DNA of 47,453 bases, filler included, from Platydemus manokwari (Eukaryota): NCBI GenBank assembly GCA_037951405.1. It is 3 parts of 3 records of this genome, joined end to end, with 100 filler letters (N's around TTAATTAATTAA, not from the genome) between each part and the next. Parts side by side here need not be neighbours in the genome. Positions count along the whole stretch, not along the records: positions 1 to 21,060 come from JBBMOY011455864.1; positions 21,161 to 35,594 come from JBBMOY011460309.1; 1 more part is not named here. One strand, 5' to 3'. The notes beneath the pieces were generated by a model that had not been told where the DNA came from, ran no database searches, and saw nothing but the letters and a program-made list of their open reading frames with translations. The position numbers and the translations under genes were made by a program. This document shows, one piece after another, positions 12,784 through 24,769 of this stretch (position 1 is its first letter; each line of letters starts with the position of its first letter).

Positions 12784-13030
12784 AATTGACCAATTCCGAT
12801 CATACAAAAGCAATAAATCCAATTGGAACTTGAGAAATAAAAGATCAAATCAAACTGTGATACAAAAATACACACAAATCTGGTCTATAAATACTTATGT
12901 AAAAATGACCAACTGCCATTTAGAAGCCGAATTTTATGTCGTTGTTTTATATTGATTCATGGAGTTTTGGCTAAATTTGAGATTCATTTACGTACGTACT
13001 GATTAGTACGATTGAGTGGAATATAATTTT
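12784..13030 (+). mobile_element. solo-LTR-like repeat family A
   Basis: Colinear with 41250-41490: ccgatca, caataaatcc, gaacttgagaaa, tgataca, cacacaaat, tataaat, ATGACCAACTG (12905 vs 41365) and TAGTACGATTGAGTG (13004 vs 41466). Confidence 0.75.
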
Positions 13031-14219
13031 CAAGATTCGATTCTTTTGGACCACAACATTCAAAATTTTGTTACTTTTTAAAGTCTGCAAGTCAAAACTG
13101 CCAGAATAAATCTTTTCTCTCAATTTTCAACAAATTTATACTTATGAAATGTTTCAAATTTGTTTCCCATATCAATATTAATAAAAATGATAATATAAAT
13201 GAATATTGTTCTCCAAATATCTTGTTAACATCTGAAGTGAATCCAAAGTTCCAATGCAATAATTGCCATAATTATCATTTCCAGAATTAACAAAAATAAC
13301 CGACAATGTTAAGAGAAGATAAAATTTTAGATTTAAACAATATTTAATTATAATAGAAGTTTAAAAAGAAACATTTCTACTAAATAAACGACGGTTATAA
13401 ATTCGGAAAATTATATTTCAAAGAATATAATTTTAGACCTGTAATATTCTTATTAAAGGAATTAAAAATGTAACAATTAATTTCAAAAAACATTGGGGGA
13501 ATTTAAAATAAAATTGATACAGTTAAAACAATGAGAGAGATTAAAAATCCAAGTAGAGCTATCATACAAATAGAGAAAAAATCGGTTTCGAGGGCTCATT
13601 AATTTGGAAACCGTTAATACGTTAGAAGATTTGATTCAGCATGCGTGTTAGCATCTATAGCAATTCGTTTAAGTCCGACAATTCGCAGAACGTTTGTCGA
13701 TAAGCCTATAAAGTCTAGTAAGCATCAACTTGTGTAAACAACTGATTGGTATTATAATTACTGTAATTTCCTATTATCGTTGGTCATTGGTGTCATTTTT
13801 ATATCGATGTCTTATTTTAGTTTGCAATAAATTTTTATAAAATCAAGAGTTGGTTTTTGATTGATTGGAATTGGAATAAAGATAGTAAAAAACAGGAATA
13901 AAATTAGCATTCAGAGGCATTAAGGCGAAGAGACTTATTGAAGCATTAACATTAAGTTATAGGACATTGTTGTCGCATTTTATCGTCTTCATACGGTATT
14001 AAGTGTGTGGTGTAAAATATTAGTCATAATAGAGTTAAACTGCACCTGAGGCCTTAACCGAAACTCACAGAGACTGATTAAAACAACGGTGATCCTAGAT
14101 TCAAAATCAGTTAATAAGTTGATAATAAAAACTAATATGGCTCATACGTTACAACTGGTTCCGAGTGAGGAGCAAAATTGCTTTAAAATTCAGTAAAATT
14201 TTAAAGATTCGAAAGAGGA

Positions 14220-14525
14220 AAAGTTTATGTAAAAATATAATAAACAACAACTGGTGAATTGAGGATAAATTTTGGTTTAAATGTTAATAAAAGTTTAGAG
14301 ACTCGGGTGAAGATTAAAATTGATTTTAAATAATCAACAACTGATGAATCAATTGGGAAGAAAATTTACACAAAAATAATCAACAATTGTTGCCCAAAAT
14401 AAAGTAAAACTTTGTCAAAAAATAATTGAGTTAGGAATAAAATTTCGTGAAAAATAAATAATCAACACCCGGTGCAATTATGAGAATTAAAATTTGTGAA
14501 AATAAATCAATAACTGTTGCCTGCA
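14220..14525 (+). repeat. degenerate tandem array with roughly 45-bp units (aaaattt...aataatCAACAACTG core)
   Basis: Cores caacaactggtg (~14245), caacaactgatg (~14335), caacaattgttg (~14381), caacacccggtg (~14463) and caataactgttg (~14508). Confidence 0.6.
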
Positions 14526-15479
14526 AACTAAAATAGTGACATTTAAAATTGATAAATTTAAATTTAAATTGAGCCAAAAAGCTATTGATAAATTAATTAT
14601 TAATAATTTGAGATTAAGCCAAAAAATCGCTGATTAATTTGATAAATTAATTAGTGACTCGCATTTGATAAATTTCTGCCTGAACCGGATAGATACAAAT
14701 TTAGCTAAGTAAGTTTATAAGAAACATCGGAGTATAAAAAGAGGATTCCTGCATTTAAATTGTTTAAGTGTGATAAATGTTAAGACAGATAAATATAGCC
14801 TCGCAATAAACGCTAATAGTTTTGGAAGACTTAATCCTGCTCATAGTGTTATTTTTCATCAGGAATTGAAAATTTAATAGTTCTGATTTCGTGACAAGTG
14901 CTGATTTTGCAATAAGCGTTAATAGACTTAGTGGTTTGATTTAACCTTAAGCGTTAATTTCACATTGAGGATAACTTGAATAAATTTAGAGCTAGCATGA
15001 GCGTTGACAGATTGAATCTCGTTGACAAATATGATAAATTTGTTTCCGGGTCAAGCGTTGACAAAATTAATAAATTTGAAATTAACTCCGCAAAAAGTGT
15101 TGATAGGAACAAAGTGCATATAAATAGAAAAAGTTCAATACTTGATAAATCTGATAGGAAATTACGTGGCTCAAATAAAAGTAATTTATTAAAAAGCCTG
15201 GACATGATGAATGTGCGACTTAGCAAGAGAAAAGATAATAGTGAAATTGAAACGTCACTACAGATAGCGTATTAGAAAATAGCAGCAAGGGAAATCATAG
15301 TAATAATTATTTTGGGACAATAGAGTCCAGTAGTAGTAAATTATTAGAAATAAGTGAAGACTCAAATATCCACTAGTAAGTAGTGACATTTAGGGGTGTT
15401 AAAAAGAGACATCTCCCACTACAAGTAAAAATAATATAGTAACGAAAGAGGATGAGTAAAATTCATATATGAATGTAAC

Positions 15480-16790
15480 ATGGGGACAATTAAATAAAGT
15501 ATTAACACAATTCCAAATTATGGATGACAATATTTAACAAGACAAAACTTATGAGAATAATAGGTCAAATAATAGGAGTAGAAGTCCTTTGGATAAAAAT
15601 GAAAATAAACGGGAATACAGCAACAATAATAATTACAACAATAGGCAAAACAATAGAAGTAAAAATCTACATGATGGGAATAATAACAATTGGAAAAATC
15701 AGCAGGGAATAATGAAAAATATAAATCAATACCAATAATGGATATGTTGAAATGATGATAAATAAAAATAGTGAAGAACAATTAGTACCACATGAAAGAA
15801 ATAGGAGTCCATCATCAGAGAGATCATTAAATGATGATAATAGGGCAGAAATGCTTGATTATACAAGAGACAAAGTAAATACTAATGAAGAAGTTCAATG
15901 TGAATATTGTAAACAAACAGTCTATATGATTACATCATGTGTATTAATAAAAGAACAATATGATAGACAAACAAGGCAGTAATGAAATAAAGAGCCAGAG
16001 AATTTTGATCGGGAAATTATTAAAAGAAAAATATTAGAAGAATTAGCTAAGGAACGGTACTTGATATGAGAAGAAAAACAAGAAAAATACTTTGAACGGA
16101 AAGAGACGAAAAAATTAGACATGGAAAAAAATTAGACACAGAAATTAAAAATTTGGAAAATATCTGGAGAAATTCGGAACAAGAATACCACAAGGAAATG
16201 TAAAAATTAAAGAAAGAAAAAGAAGGCCTAATAAAGAACTTAGAAGAATTTCCTCTAAATAGAAATAGGAAAATAAACGAAGATGAAATAGGAAACATCG
16301 AAAAAATATATGAATTCAAGTGAAGAATAAGAGAACACATTAGTAAAAAAAATGTAGTTGTGGACTATACTCATTTGGTATAAATTTCAATGGATCATGC
16401 GTAATGAAAACAATCAGAATACAAGTAGAAAAGGTACAACAACTAGTTGAAAATGATAATTTTAAAAAGACTAGAGAAATGATCAGAGAAATATAATTAC
16501 AAGCCAGAGAATCAAGAAAGTTAACAGAGGAAAAAGAACTAAAATTAAAAGATTGCGGAAGAATAATTAGGATAAATACGGAATTACAAAAACCATTTAG
16601 CTCAGCATTTGGACATTCGTAGGAGAAAAAGATTATGAAATAAAATTCCCTATACATCCATGCATTAACATAAGAAAACATAAAAAATGGTAACACAGAA
16701 ATGATAGTAAAAACATAGCATAGTAGCAGAGGATATGATAATATTATGTAAAGCAAAACATTTTGGATATAAGGAATACCTAACACAGGA
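15480..16790 (+). pseudogene. decayed Ty3/Gypsy-like gag-pol remnant
   Basis: Strongly A/G-rich strand with many stops. CEYCKQTVYMITSC has CX2CX4(H>Y)X4C zinc-knuckle spacing. Downstream fragments loosely resemble the RT N-terminus. Confidence 0.55.
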
Positions 16791-16848
16791 TTTATTTAGA
16801 AAAATAAATCAATGTTAAATCAATATTAAATTTATGAAATATTAAAAC

Positions 16849-17172
16849 ATGAAGCGTCATTATAATGATGAAGACAATCCTTCAAATACATGTGGCTGTA
16901 AAAATAACAAGACCAGTGATTTAAAGAAATCTGATCGAGAAAGTTTTCAAAATTCATGCGATATTGAAAATCAGAACCAAAAGCATAAACTTGATAAACA
17001 AGCTAAAAATTTACTACTTCAAAGAGAAATTCTAAACTGGAAATCCAAAGATATTACCGAGGACTTAAATGACACAAAATACATTGGGAAGAATGTATAT
17101 TTTATAAATGAAAGTCTTCTTTGTGAAAATGATGATGATGAAGAAGAATCAAACTTATGTGGATGTAACTAA
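16849..17172 (+). CDS. hypothetical 107-aa hydrophilic protein with CGC motifs near both ends
   Basis: Clean ATG-TAA ORF with protein-like composition in AT-rich flanks and AATAAA near 17235. I recognise no family. Confidence 0.45.
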   Translation: MKRHYNDEDNPSNTCGCKNNKTSDLKKSDRESFQNSCDIENQNQKHKLDKQAKNLLLQREILNWKSKDITEDLNDTKYIGKNVYFINESLLCENDDDEEESNLCGCN

Positions 17173-20100
17173 AAATTTATTATAAAAATGATATCTCAAT
17201 TTTTAATAGTCAAAGCTTGATTTTTAATTAATTAATAAATTATTCGGGTCTCAATAATTTTTTTCATTTTTAAATAAAAATGATCGTAGGGGTTTAGCTA
17301 ACAAACATTCAATTAGTGTAATGATTATGTACACAGTATGTTTGGCTTGTAAAATCATCAGCTCTTCGTCATTCAACTCGCCTCTCTAATCATTTAGAAT
17401 ACCCCATCAAAGATGATCAGAAGAAGAACTAAACATAATGACATAATATTAATCATAAGCATGTTTATTCTATTTTAGTTGCTATTCTATTTTAAGTAAT
17501 TCTTAATAAGTTCTGTATTATTACACCATAAGATATAATGCAATAATAATAATCATAACAACAATAATAATAATATTTGTTCTTTTATCCATTAAGTCTA
17601 CAGTACTAGGAAATCAGTTTAACCCGAGAACATTAAGCATAAGTTGATATCATCAAATAAATAGTAATCAACAAGAAAGCAGAGTGAACTAAACAACCAC
17701 ACGTAATATACCGATCATATCAAATACGACAACTTACAATTCAAGTCTCCAGAATCACAATCGTTTATAAAACACTAATAAGACGTAGATGTTACACATG
17801 CTCTCCAAAATCGTTAAAATAATTCTTTAAAATCGTCAAATCGATTTCTGTAAGAATTATATATTTGTATTTATCGATTTGGGTTATTTGTTTGTGCTAA
17901 TATGCCATAAGGAGTAAACTACTAAGATTCCACTATGTATTTAATTAATTAAAACCAGTAATGAAGTCTTAGACGCCATATTGCTTTTCATACTAATAAA
18001 CACCATTAACCTCTCGACGCAATCCGTAGTGGTGATAATAAGTCACCATTTGTATATAATTTTTATAATACCCTAACAGAATAAAAATTTAAAATTAAAA
18101 AACAACTTCAATTTATTAATGGGAAAAAAATGAAGTAATTTCAAACCATAATCAAAAAGCGACATAATTTCTCTGTATTTACTTGTTAGGGTGTCACATG
18201 ATGAAATAATTATTTTATTTATAAAATTTCAATTATATCCCTTTACAGATTATAAATGCATTTTTGTTTATTACTCAACTACCAGATTTTCATTCCAGAT
18301 TTAAGCTACTATTTTACAAAGCAGTAGCTAAATTGTGTTATGTTTCAGATGGTTTAAATATTTTTAAGATAGATTGAAAAATCTAAAGAGGCTTAAAATA
18401 GCTATAACGATTAAGCGTCTATTGATAATTTATGTTCAAACTATAAAAGAATTAAATTAAAAATCTGACTCCAATAGGGGTGTTTATAAAAATATGACAA
18501 GTAAATTGTAAATAAAAATGAACCAATAAAGGAAGCACATTGGGATGCACACAGTCAATCACATCAAACAATGATAAACAAAAAATACTATAAAAACCAT
18601 AAGTAAAATTAGGAAGTAAAGAAAATGTAAACTCACGAAAAGACGACGACTTCGACTACTACTCCAAAACACCTTCAACAATCTTCATGATAACGAGTAA
18701 TTGTATTTCATTTAATTTTGAATTAACTCCCTCAAAGGAATTATTATTCATTCATAACTTCCATCAAAGTTCGTGCTGAAAATTCCACACCTTTCCAAAA
18801 ATAATCTTCCTTCAACCTTCTTTTGCTTCCAGAATTTGTAGGCTTCTAGTTCTGTTGGATTATAATAAAATAAAATCGAAGATTTGGTGTTATTCTAAAT
18901 TTTATGATTTCGATTCTCAACTTAATCTGACCATTTCAGAAAATCAGGAGGTGTTCGATAATAGTTTATATAATATTTAAAATATAAATAAACAAGGATA
19001 AATTAAGAGTTTCTAAAATGTATACCACAATAAAATGAGTTCAATTGCCTGAAAAATGGATTATTAATTTAAAAAAATAGAGTTTACAAAGCTCAATACA
19101 TACAATGCACTATTGCTTACGATTCATTTCTTCGGATAAAGAATTCAATGTTCCCAACTAAGTGGGGAGACACCCTTATGGAAAAAATGAAAGAGGGGCT
19201 AATTTAGAGTAACCATTGCTATTGAAATAGCTGTGGGTGCAAAAAAAATTAAATTTACTTATTAATCATTTTCATCGGAAAACATAATTAAATTAATTCT
19301 CTCCTAGCTGAAAAATATGACAAATAACAATAATGCTATGCCTTTAAAATATTTAAAGAGAATTCTCGCAAAGTAATTTTTTGTGGTAATATTAATTGCA
19401 AAGCCGTGATGTTGGATTGTGTTTATATATATTATTTTTGAGGTCACATGCCTAGTTAGTGTGCCTCATTATATGCCATACAAGGCTGAGTATAGACTGC
19501 ACAGTTCCCAATATTGGTTGTTATACTATACAAGGTACTACAACTTTGTCATATTAATTTCATTTCAATATCACATTTGCTATTGTTATTTTCATTAAAT
19601 ATTAAATAGACATTTTTACTTCATTTTTTATTTATTATATCAGTATCTGCAGTGTTAGAAAAATGGGGCAGGCTGGTACGCTGCTTCTCGCCCTCTCATC
19701 TATCACAGAGACCGCTGAAGAACTTCCACCTATATCGAAAGTATAGATCTTTACACACCAAGCTCGAAACAACTTGCTTCTCCTGAATTTAAACCACACT
19801 TTGCTGCAGCTGTAATACCGATTACGAAAAGGATGCCCACATCTTTATCCGTTGTCAAGCGGTCCTAGGTGTAGTATCAAAAATACCAACAGCCTTGGTA
19901 TATTGGTGCATACATTAGTGTATGCAGCTGATAAAAAAAAAGATTTTAGAGTATTGTTGTTTTTTTAGGGAAACATTCTTCTGTATTTAATGAAAGTGAA
20001 ATGTAAAAATATCTCAGTTGAAGATGCTCACAAAGAAACGTGTAAAATTATGATTTATTAACAAGAATTGAGATCTAGACTTCATGTTTAATAACTTTCT

Positions 20101-20725
20101 GTTCATGATATATATTTTGCATTGCTTATATCATGTAATTATTGTTAAATTATTTATTTGATTTCTGATTATAGAAATTTATTGAAAGTTAATTTTCAAA
20201 TATTTTGTGTTTTTTGTGTTTTATGTATATCAGAAACAAAAGGATTTTGGATATAGTTTGATTTTATTAAATAGTTGGACAATATATTTTCGTTACACTT
20301 GTGGATGGAACTTACAATTTAGTTTTAGTTTAATCTTAAAAATCAACTTCTATTGCTAAACTAGTTATATAATAGAAGCATTATGACAAATGAGAGCTTA
20401 ATTTAAAATGATTAATTCCATAATTGCAGGCTTAAAACACTGAACACTTCAAACCAAAAACTCGAATTAAGAAATCCACACATGATTTTAGAAAAATAAA
20501 ATTTCTTATTTCTAAATTTACAAAAAAGATTTAAGATTTTTAATTTTATTTATAATATCTAATATGTGCAAAAAATTTCTTGTAATCCTGAATATTTAAA
20601 ATTCTTAAGAAAATTAAAATGTATTTTATTTCAAAGAAAAACTTAAAAATAATCAAAGTCAATATCGAACATTTTATGAAATATGATTAAATATTTAATC
20701 ACGATTTGTTTAAGTGGATCATTTG

Positions 20726-21060
20726 ATGAAACCATTTATTCGTCTATCTTTGCTTTGTAACATAAATAACACTTTTAAATTATTTAAGCTTTGTAACAAA
20801 AGTTTTTCAATAATCGCTACGAAATCTATAATGGCCGAAAGTAATATGCACAGACTCCCTCGTGACGTGAAACCTATTAATTATAATTTGACTCTTATAC
20901 CTAATTTTGAAGATTGGTCATATACCGGATATGAAACTATCGATTTAAATGTAGTCTAATTTTTGTGTCTTAACATTGGTTTATTGTCACATCATCTAGG
21001 TTTCTAATCAAGTGAAGGAAATCGTATTGAATGCTACAACACTTGCAATTACTGAAGCTT
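20726..21060 (+). CDS. M1-family (puromycin-sensitive-like) aminopeptidase, 5' part only; exon 1 ends at 20950, intron 20951-20999, exon 2 runs from 21000 into the gap
   Basis: RLPRDVKPINYNLTLIPNFEDWSYTGYETIDLN matches the M1 N-terminal RLP..V.P..Y.L.L.P motif. Removing a 49-nt phase-0 GT..AG intron continues in frame as VSNQVKEIVLNATTLAITEA (the I.LN...L.I motif). In-frame ATGs are at 20726 and 20831. Confidence 0.92.
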
Positions 21061-21160
21061 NNNNNNNNNNNNNNNNNNNNNNNNNNNNNNNNNNNNNNNN
21101 NNNNTTAATTAATTAANNNNNNNNNNNNNNNNNNNNNNNNNNNNNNNNNNNNNNNNNNNN
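21061..21160. other. assembly gap / contig linker
   Basis: 100-nt block of N with a central TTAATTAATTAA, which gives stops in all six frames. Confidence 0.98.
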
Positions 21161-22950
21161 ATTTGTCCCCTATGTCCGTATACTGGCTGTGTTCTTATTC
21201 TTATTTGCTCAGCTTCCCATAACACTGGACATCGTTTGGCTATATCCTTATATATCCTATTCATTGAATCATTCAGGTTTATTTCCACATAAATTTGTCT
21301 CTTAATCCCGTATCTATCTTCTACCAGAATTGCCAACTCGTATTCTCCTTCTTCTGCATTTTTTCTGGTCTCTTCTTTGTCATCCATTTTATCATATATT
21401 CCTTTACTTTCCAATATCTTCATCATTAGCTGCTCCGCCCATACTTCTTTTTCTAAATAATTTGTCTCTATAGTACTTGCCCATTCCGGGTGTGTGGCTA
21501 CAATTGTATCTTTCCCCTGTGGTATTGGCAATCTTTTACATGTTCCTATTATTTCCTCTTTTTCTTCCTCTTTATTCATTTCTACCGTTGCCTCTTCCAT
21601 TATTATCTTGCTTCCTGTTGCTGTTAACTGAATCAGTGAGTATCCTGCTTTCTTTCCCAGTTTCTTAACTCCTTCTACTATCCTCTGAAACTCAAGAGGA
21701 TTATTTTTTCCGAAAAACGGCATTCCTATTCCCAGTTTTTGTTCGAATGTTAATAATTTTTTCAATAGTATGGTTACACTTGATGGTTCTAATTCACCTT
21801 CCCGTATGTCATCTTCTGCACATTCCACTATTCTCCATACTTGAGGATCGAAAGTTTCTTCTCTCTTTTCTCTAATCCTCTTTTCACTTGTTGTTTCATC
21901 TATTAATTCTCTAAATATGTCTATCAACGTCTGCACATTAATGTGATCCCTATTATCCTGTGTTAGCTTCATCCACAGACCATCTTTATCTTCCTGTGGC
22001 AACTGTTTCCATATCTCATCCATTTTTTCGTCGATATTTCCATATCCCTCGTAGCCTTTCTACAAACTCATCCATGGTCTAATATTCAATTTCTCTATTA
22101 ACTAAATATTGTCCTACATATCCAACATCTCTATTGCTTGTGGCATGTCCCTGCATCGTTACTATTTCTGATGGGACATATACTGGTGACGTTGCTGGCA
22201 CATTTAAAACTTTTGGCAAGATTCTCTCAATTATAGGCATTGTTAAAGCTGGTTTTATTGGAATATTTTCCAATATTAGTGCTACTGCTACTTTGTATTT
22301 GTTTTTCCTTATCACTGGGTCTTCTTGAACCTGTTTTTCTTGTATCCTGGCCATCCCGTCTTCCTCGTTTTTATCATGTGATTCATCAATTACCCCTTCT
22401 TGATTTTCCATGCTTCATTTTACTGGTCTTCCTGTCTCCTCTGTAACATCTGCTGATTGGATATCTTGTTTGTCTTCCCGTATTTCACTAGCTTCGTCCA
22501 ATGAACTCACTTCTTCTATATCTGATTCTGCTTCTTTTTCCACTTTTGTGCTATTTTCATCTGCTGTCGCCTTGTTTGACACTTCTTTACATTCTTCTTT
22601 TTCCATTAATTGTTCTCCTGTCTCTTCCAGCTTAAACTCTTCCTTATTTTTGTTAACATTTTCCCAAAATTGCTCATTTGAGGGTATTCCAGTTATTTGA
22701 CTTAACGTGTAGTTCATGAACCTCTGACACAGTGTTTTCACATTGATTTTATCTCTGTCCCTTTGTGTAAAACTCTTCCATGATGTGATATATTTCTCTA
22801 TCTTAACATATTTTTCCCAGAACTGCTTGTATTTCTCTATCTGTCCCACTAATTTGTCATTATCTACCTCATACCATAAATCACTACCATCTCTTCTAAC
22901 AATGATTTCCCATGACGGTTTATAGGTTTTACTACAGGCATCATCATCGG
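21161..22950 (-). pseudogene. long interrupted ORF (~590 codons) of unknown, probably mobile-element, origin, with an internal repeat and a C-terminal ubiquitin-like segment
   Basis: ORFs 22415-22849 and 22079-22411 share a frame separated by one TGA. A frameshift then leads to 21109-22023, which runs into the gap. No introns are evident, and the strong purine bias resembles the retroelement remnants here. Confidence 0.55.
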
Positions 22951-23414
22951 GCTTTTTTCACAAATAAAAATAAAAATAAAAATAAAATATTATCAAATTT
23001 TTCACGCAATACAAATAAATGTTATTACAATATTGAAACACATAGAACACATGAATGGAATATTGTTAAAATATCAATATCAACACATAAGTAGGATAAC
23101 GTCAAGTGAAGTTAATAATGATTGTTGTTGATTTTGATGTCCGAGGCGAATTGTTGTCTTGCTGCATTTTTATTCTTTCTTTGAAGTTGGGTTGTTGGCA
23201 ATTCAATCCATACTCAAGGGCGACCTATGGCGCATATTTTATGGGAAAAATAGTTTACATTCGGGACTTTTATTATTAACTGGGTTACATAGTTATGGAA
23301 GGGAGAGAATATTTTTACAAATATCTTTCTGGACTATTTATACAATTTGAATTTGTTCTGTTTTTGGATTGTTTATCCAGTTTCGGATTTGGATTTTGTT
23401 ATATTTTTGGAATG

Positions 23415-23528
23415 TTTATACAGTTATGGATTTGGATTTGTTTATACAGTTTGGAAGTGCTTGTTTATACAGTTTGAAAGTGCTAGGTGGGGATCCCAAC
23501 ATTTTCTATAACTAAATATACAGTTGGA
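23415..23528. repeat. four copies of TATACAGTT
   Basis: tttatacagttatgg, tttatacagtttgg, tttatacagtttg and tatacagttgg lie upstream (minus-strand sense) of the long interrupted ORF. Confidence 0.7.
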
Positions 23529-23769
23529 AATGAAAATTATAAATTACATTTTATGTGTATAAAATATTTAAGTAAATCTAAATTCGGTTATAATGTCTAT
23601 ATGAGTATTTGAAAATTTCTACACATACATAATGTAGCTTTTATTTTTATTATAACAACATTTCCATTTTTCTTCTTTACCAGGGTCTTTACCTGGATTG
23701 AGTTTTTTATTCTCAACAATTTAACTTTAATAATTATTTCATAAGATTTATCGATTACCTTTGATTAGA

Positions 23770-24570
23770 TAAATCCAAGATTTGTTTAAATATTTAAGAA
23801 AACTTGTGTGATTTGGAAAGCAATTAATTTTGATGGAAACAGACGATCACTTTTTTTTACTAGGGACCACTCAGAAATAAATTCTCTTACAAGAACCAAA
23901 GGAGAAGACAAGCAAAATTTTTTGCGAATCTGCCTAAAAAAACTCAGGACTTATTGATTGCGAAGCTGTACGTTTTTCGATGCATCTTTCCAAGATGATG
24001 ATAAATGGTTCCAATAACCAAATATTTTGATATATTTAGTCAAATTGAACTATCATTTGCATTTGACATATTGTAGAGAGAAAACATCAAACGACTAAGG
24101 CAAGAATTCAGCAATTTCAAAGGTGCAGTTTTAAATGAAGAAATTTAGAAAGAATTTTTGGTAACTATCTCACATGCCAAAACATTAATGCGGCAAAGAC
24201 CTGATAAAACATACCACAATTTTGAACTGTTTGACAAGAAAAACACTCTTGAAAATTTTCAAGACTATTTATTCTGCAAGGTCTAAATAATAAAAAATTG
24301 AAAGAGTCTTTTATTTTCTACCCTGTGATGTTTGATGATAGAAGTAGAGAGCTAGCTGTCAATTTTGAGAAGTTAACTCCGACAAAGCCCGTAAAAGCCA
24401 ACAAGAAGACATATGCTCAGTTAGTATTTCAAAACGAAACAAGAAAAATCTGAGATTTATTTAAATATTCGAAAAAACGCGTATAATTTTGAAATCAATA
24501 ACTTTTGATGGAAACAATCGATATTTTTACTCTTTCAAATAAAAATTATTTAAATATCTCTGAATTTTCT
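23770..24570 (+). mobile_element. DNA-transposon-like remnant bounded by ~90-bp imperfect direct repeats
   Basis: 23770-23860 resembles 24446-24535 (agattt.tttaaatatt...ttttgatggaaaca..cgat). The interior has a broken frame RENIKRLRQEFSNFKGAVLNEEI, reminiscent of a transposase C-terminus. Confidence 0.35.
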
Positions 24571-24769
24571 TATACAATTAATAGCAATATTAAATTATGT
24601 TTTTATTAATATAATTTTAATATTACATAGCATTAATTTTGCTTAGTTAAGCAGAAAATAGAAAATTCCAAACATTTATTATTAATGTGCTATCTTGTTT
24701 AATCTTGTAGTTTAACTTGTCAAGGTTAAATTTTTTATATGACTTTCCATACCAATTCCTAAACAAAGA

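Noticed and set aside
14220-14525. CRISPR-like repeat-spacer array
   Set aside because: The repeats are degenerate, the spacers resemble each other, there are no cas genes and the context is eukaryotic.
21105-21116. TTAATTAATTAA palindrome as a biological site
   Set aside because: It sits identically in the centre of both N blocks, so it is an artificial all-frame-stop linker.
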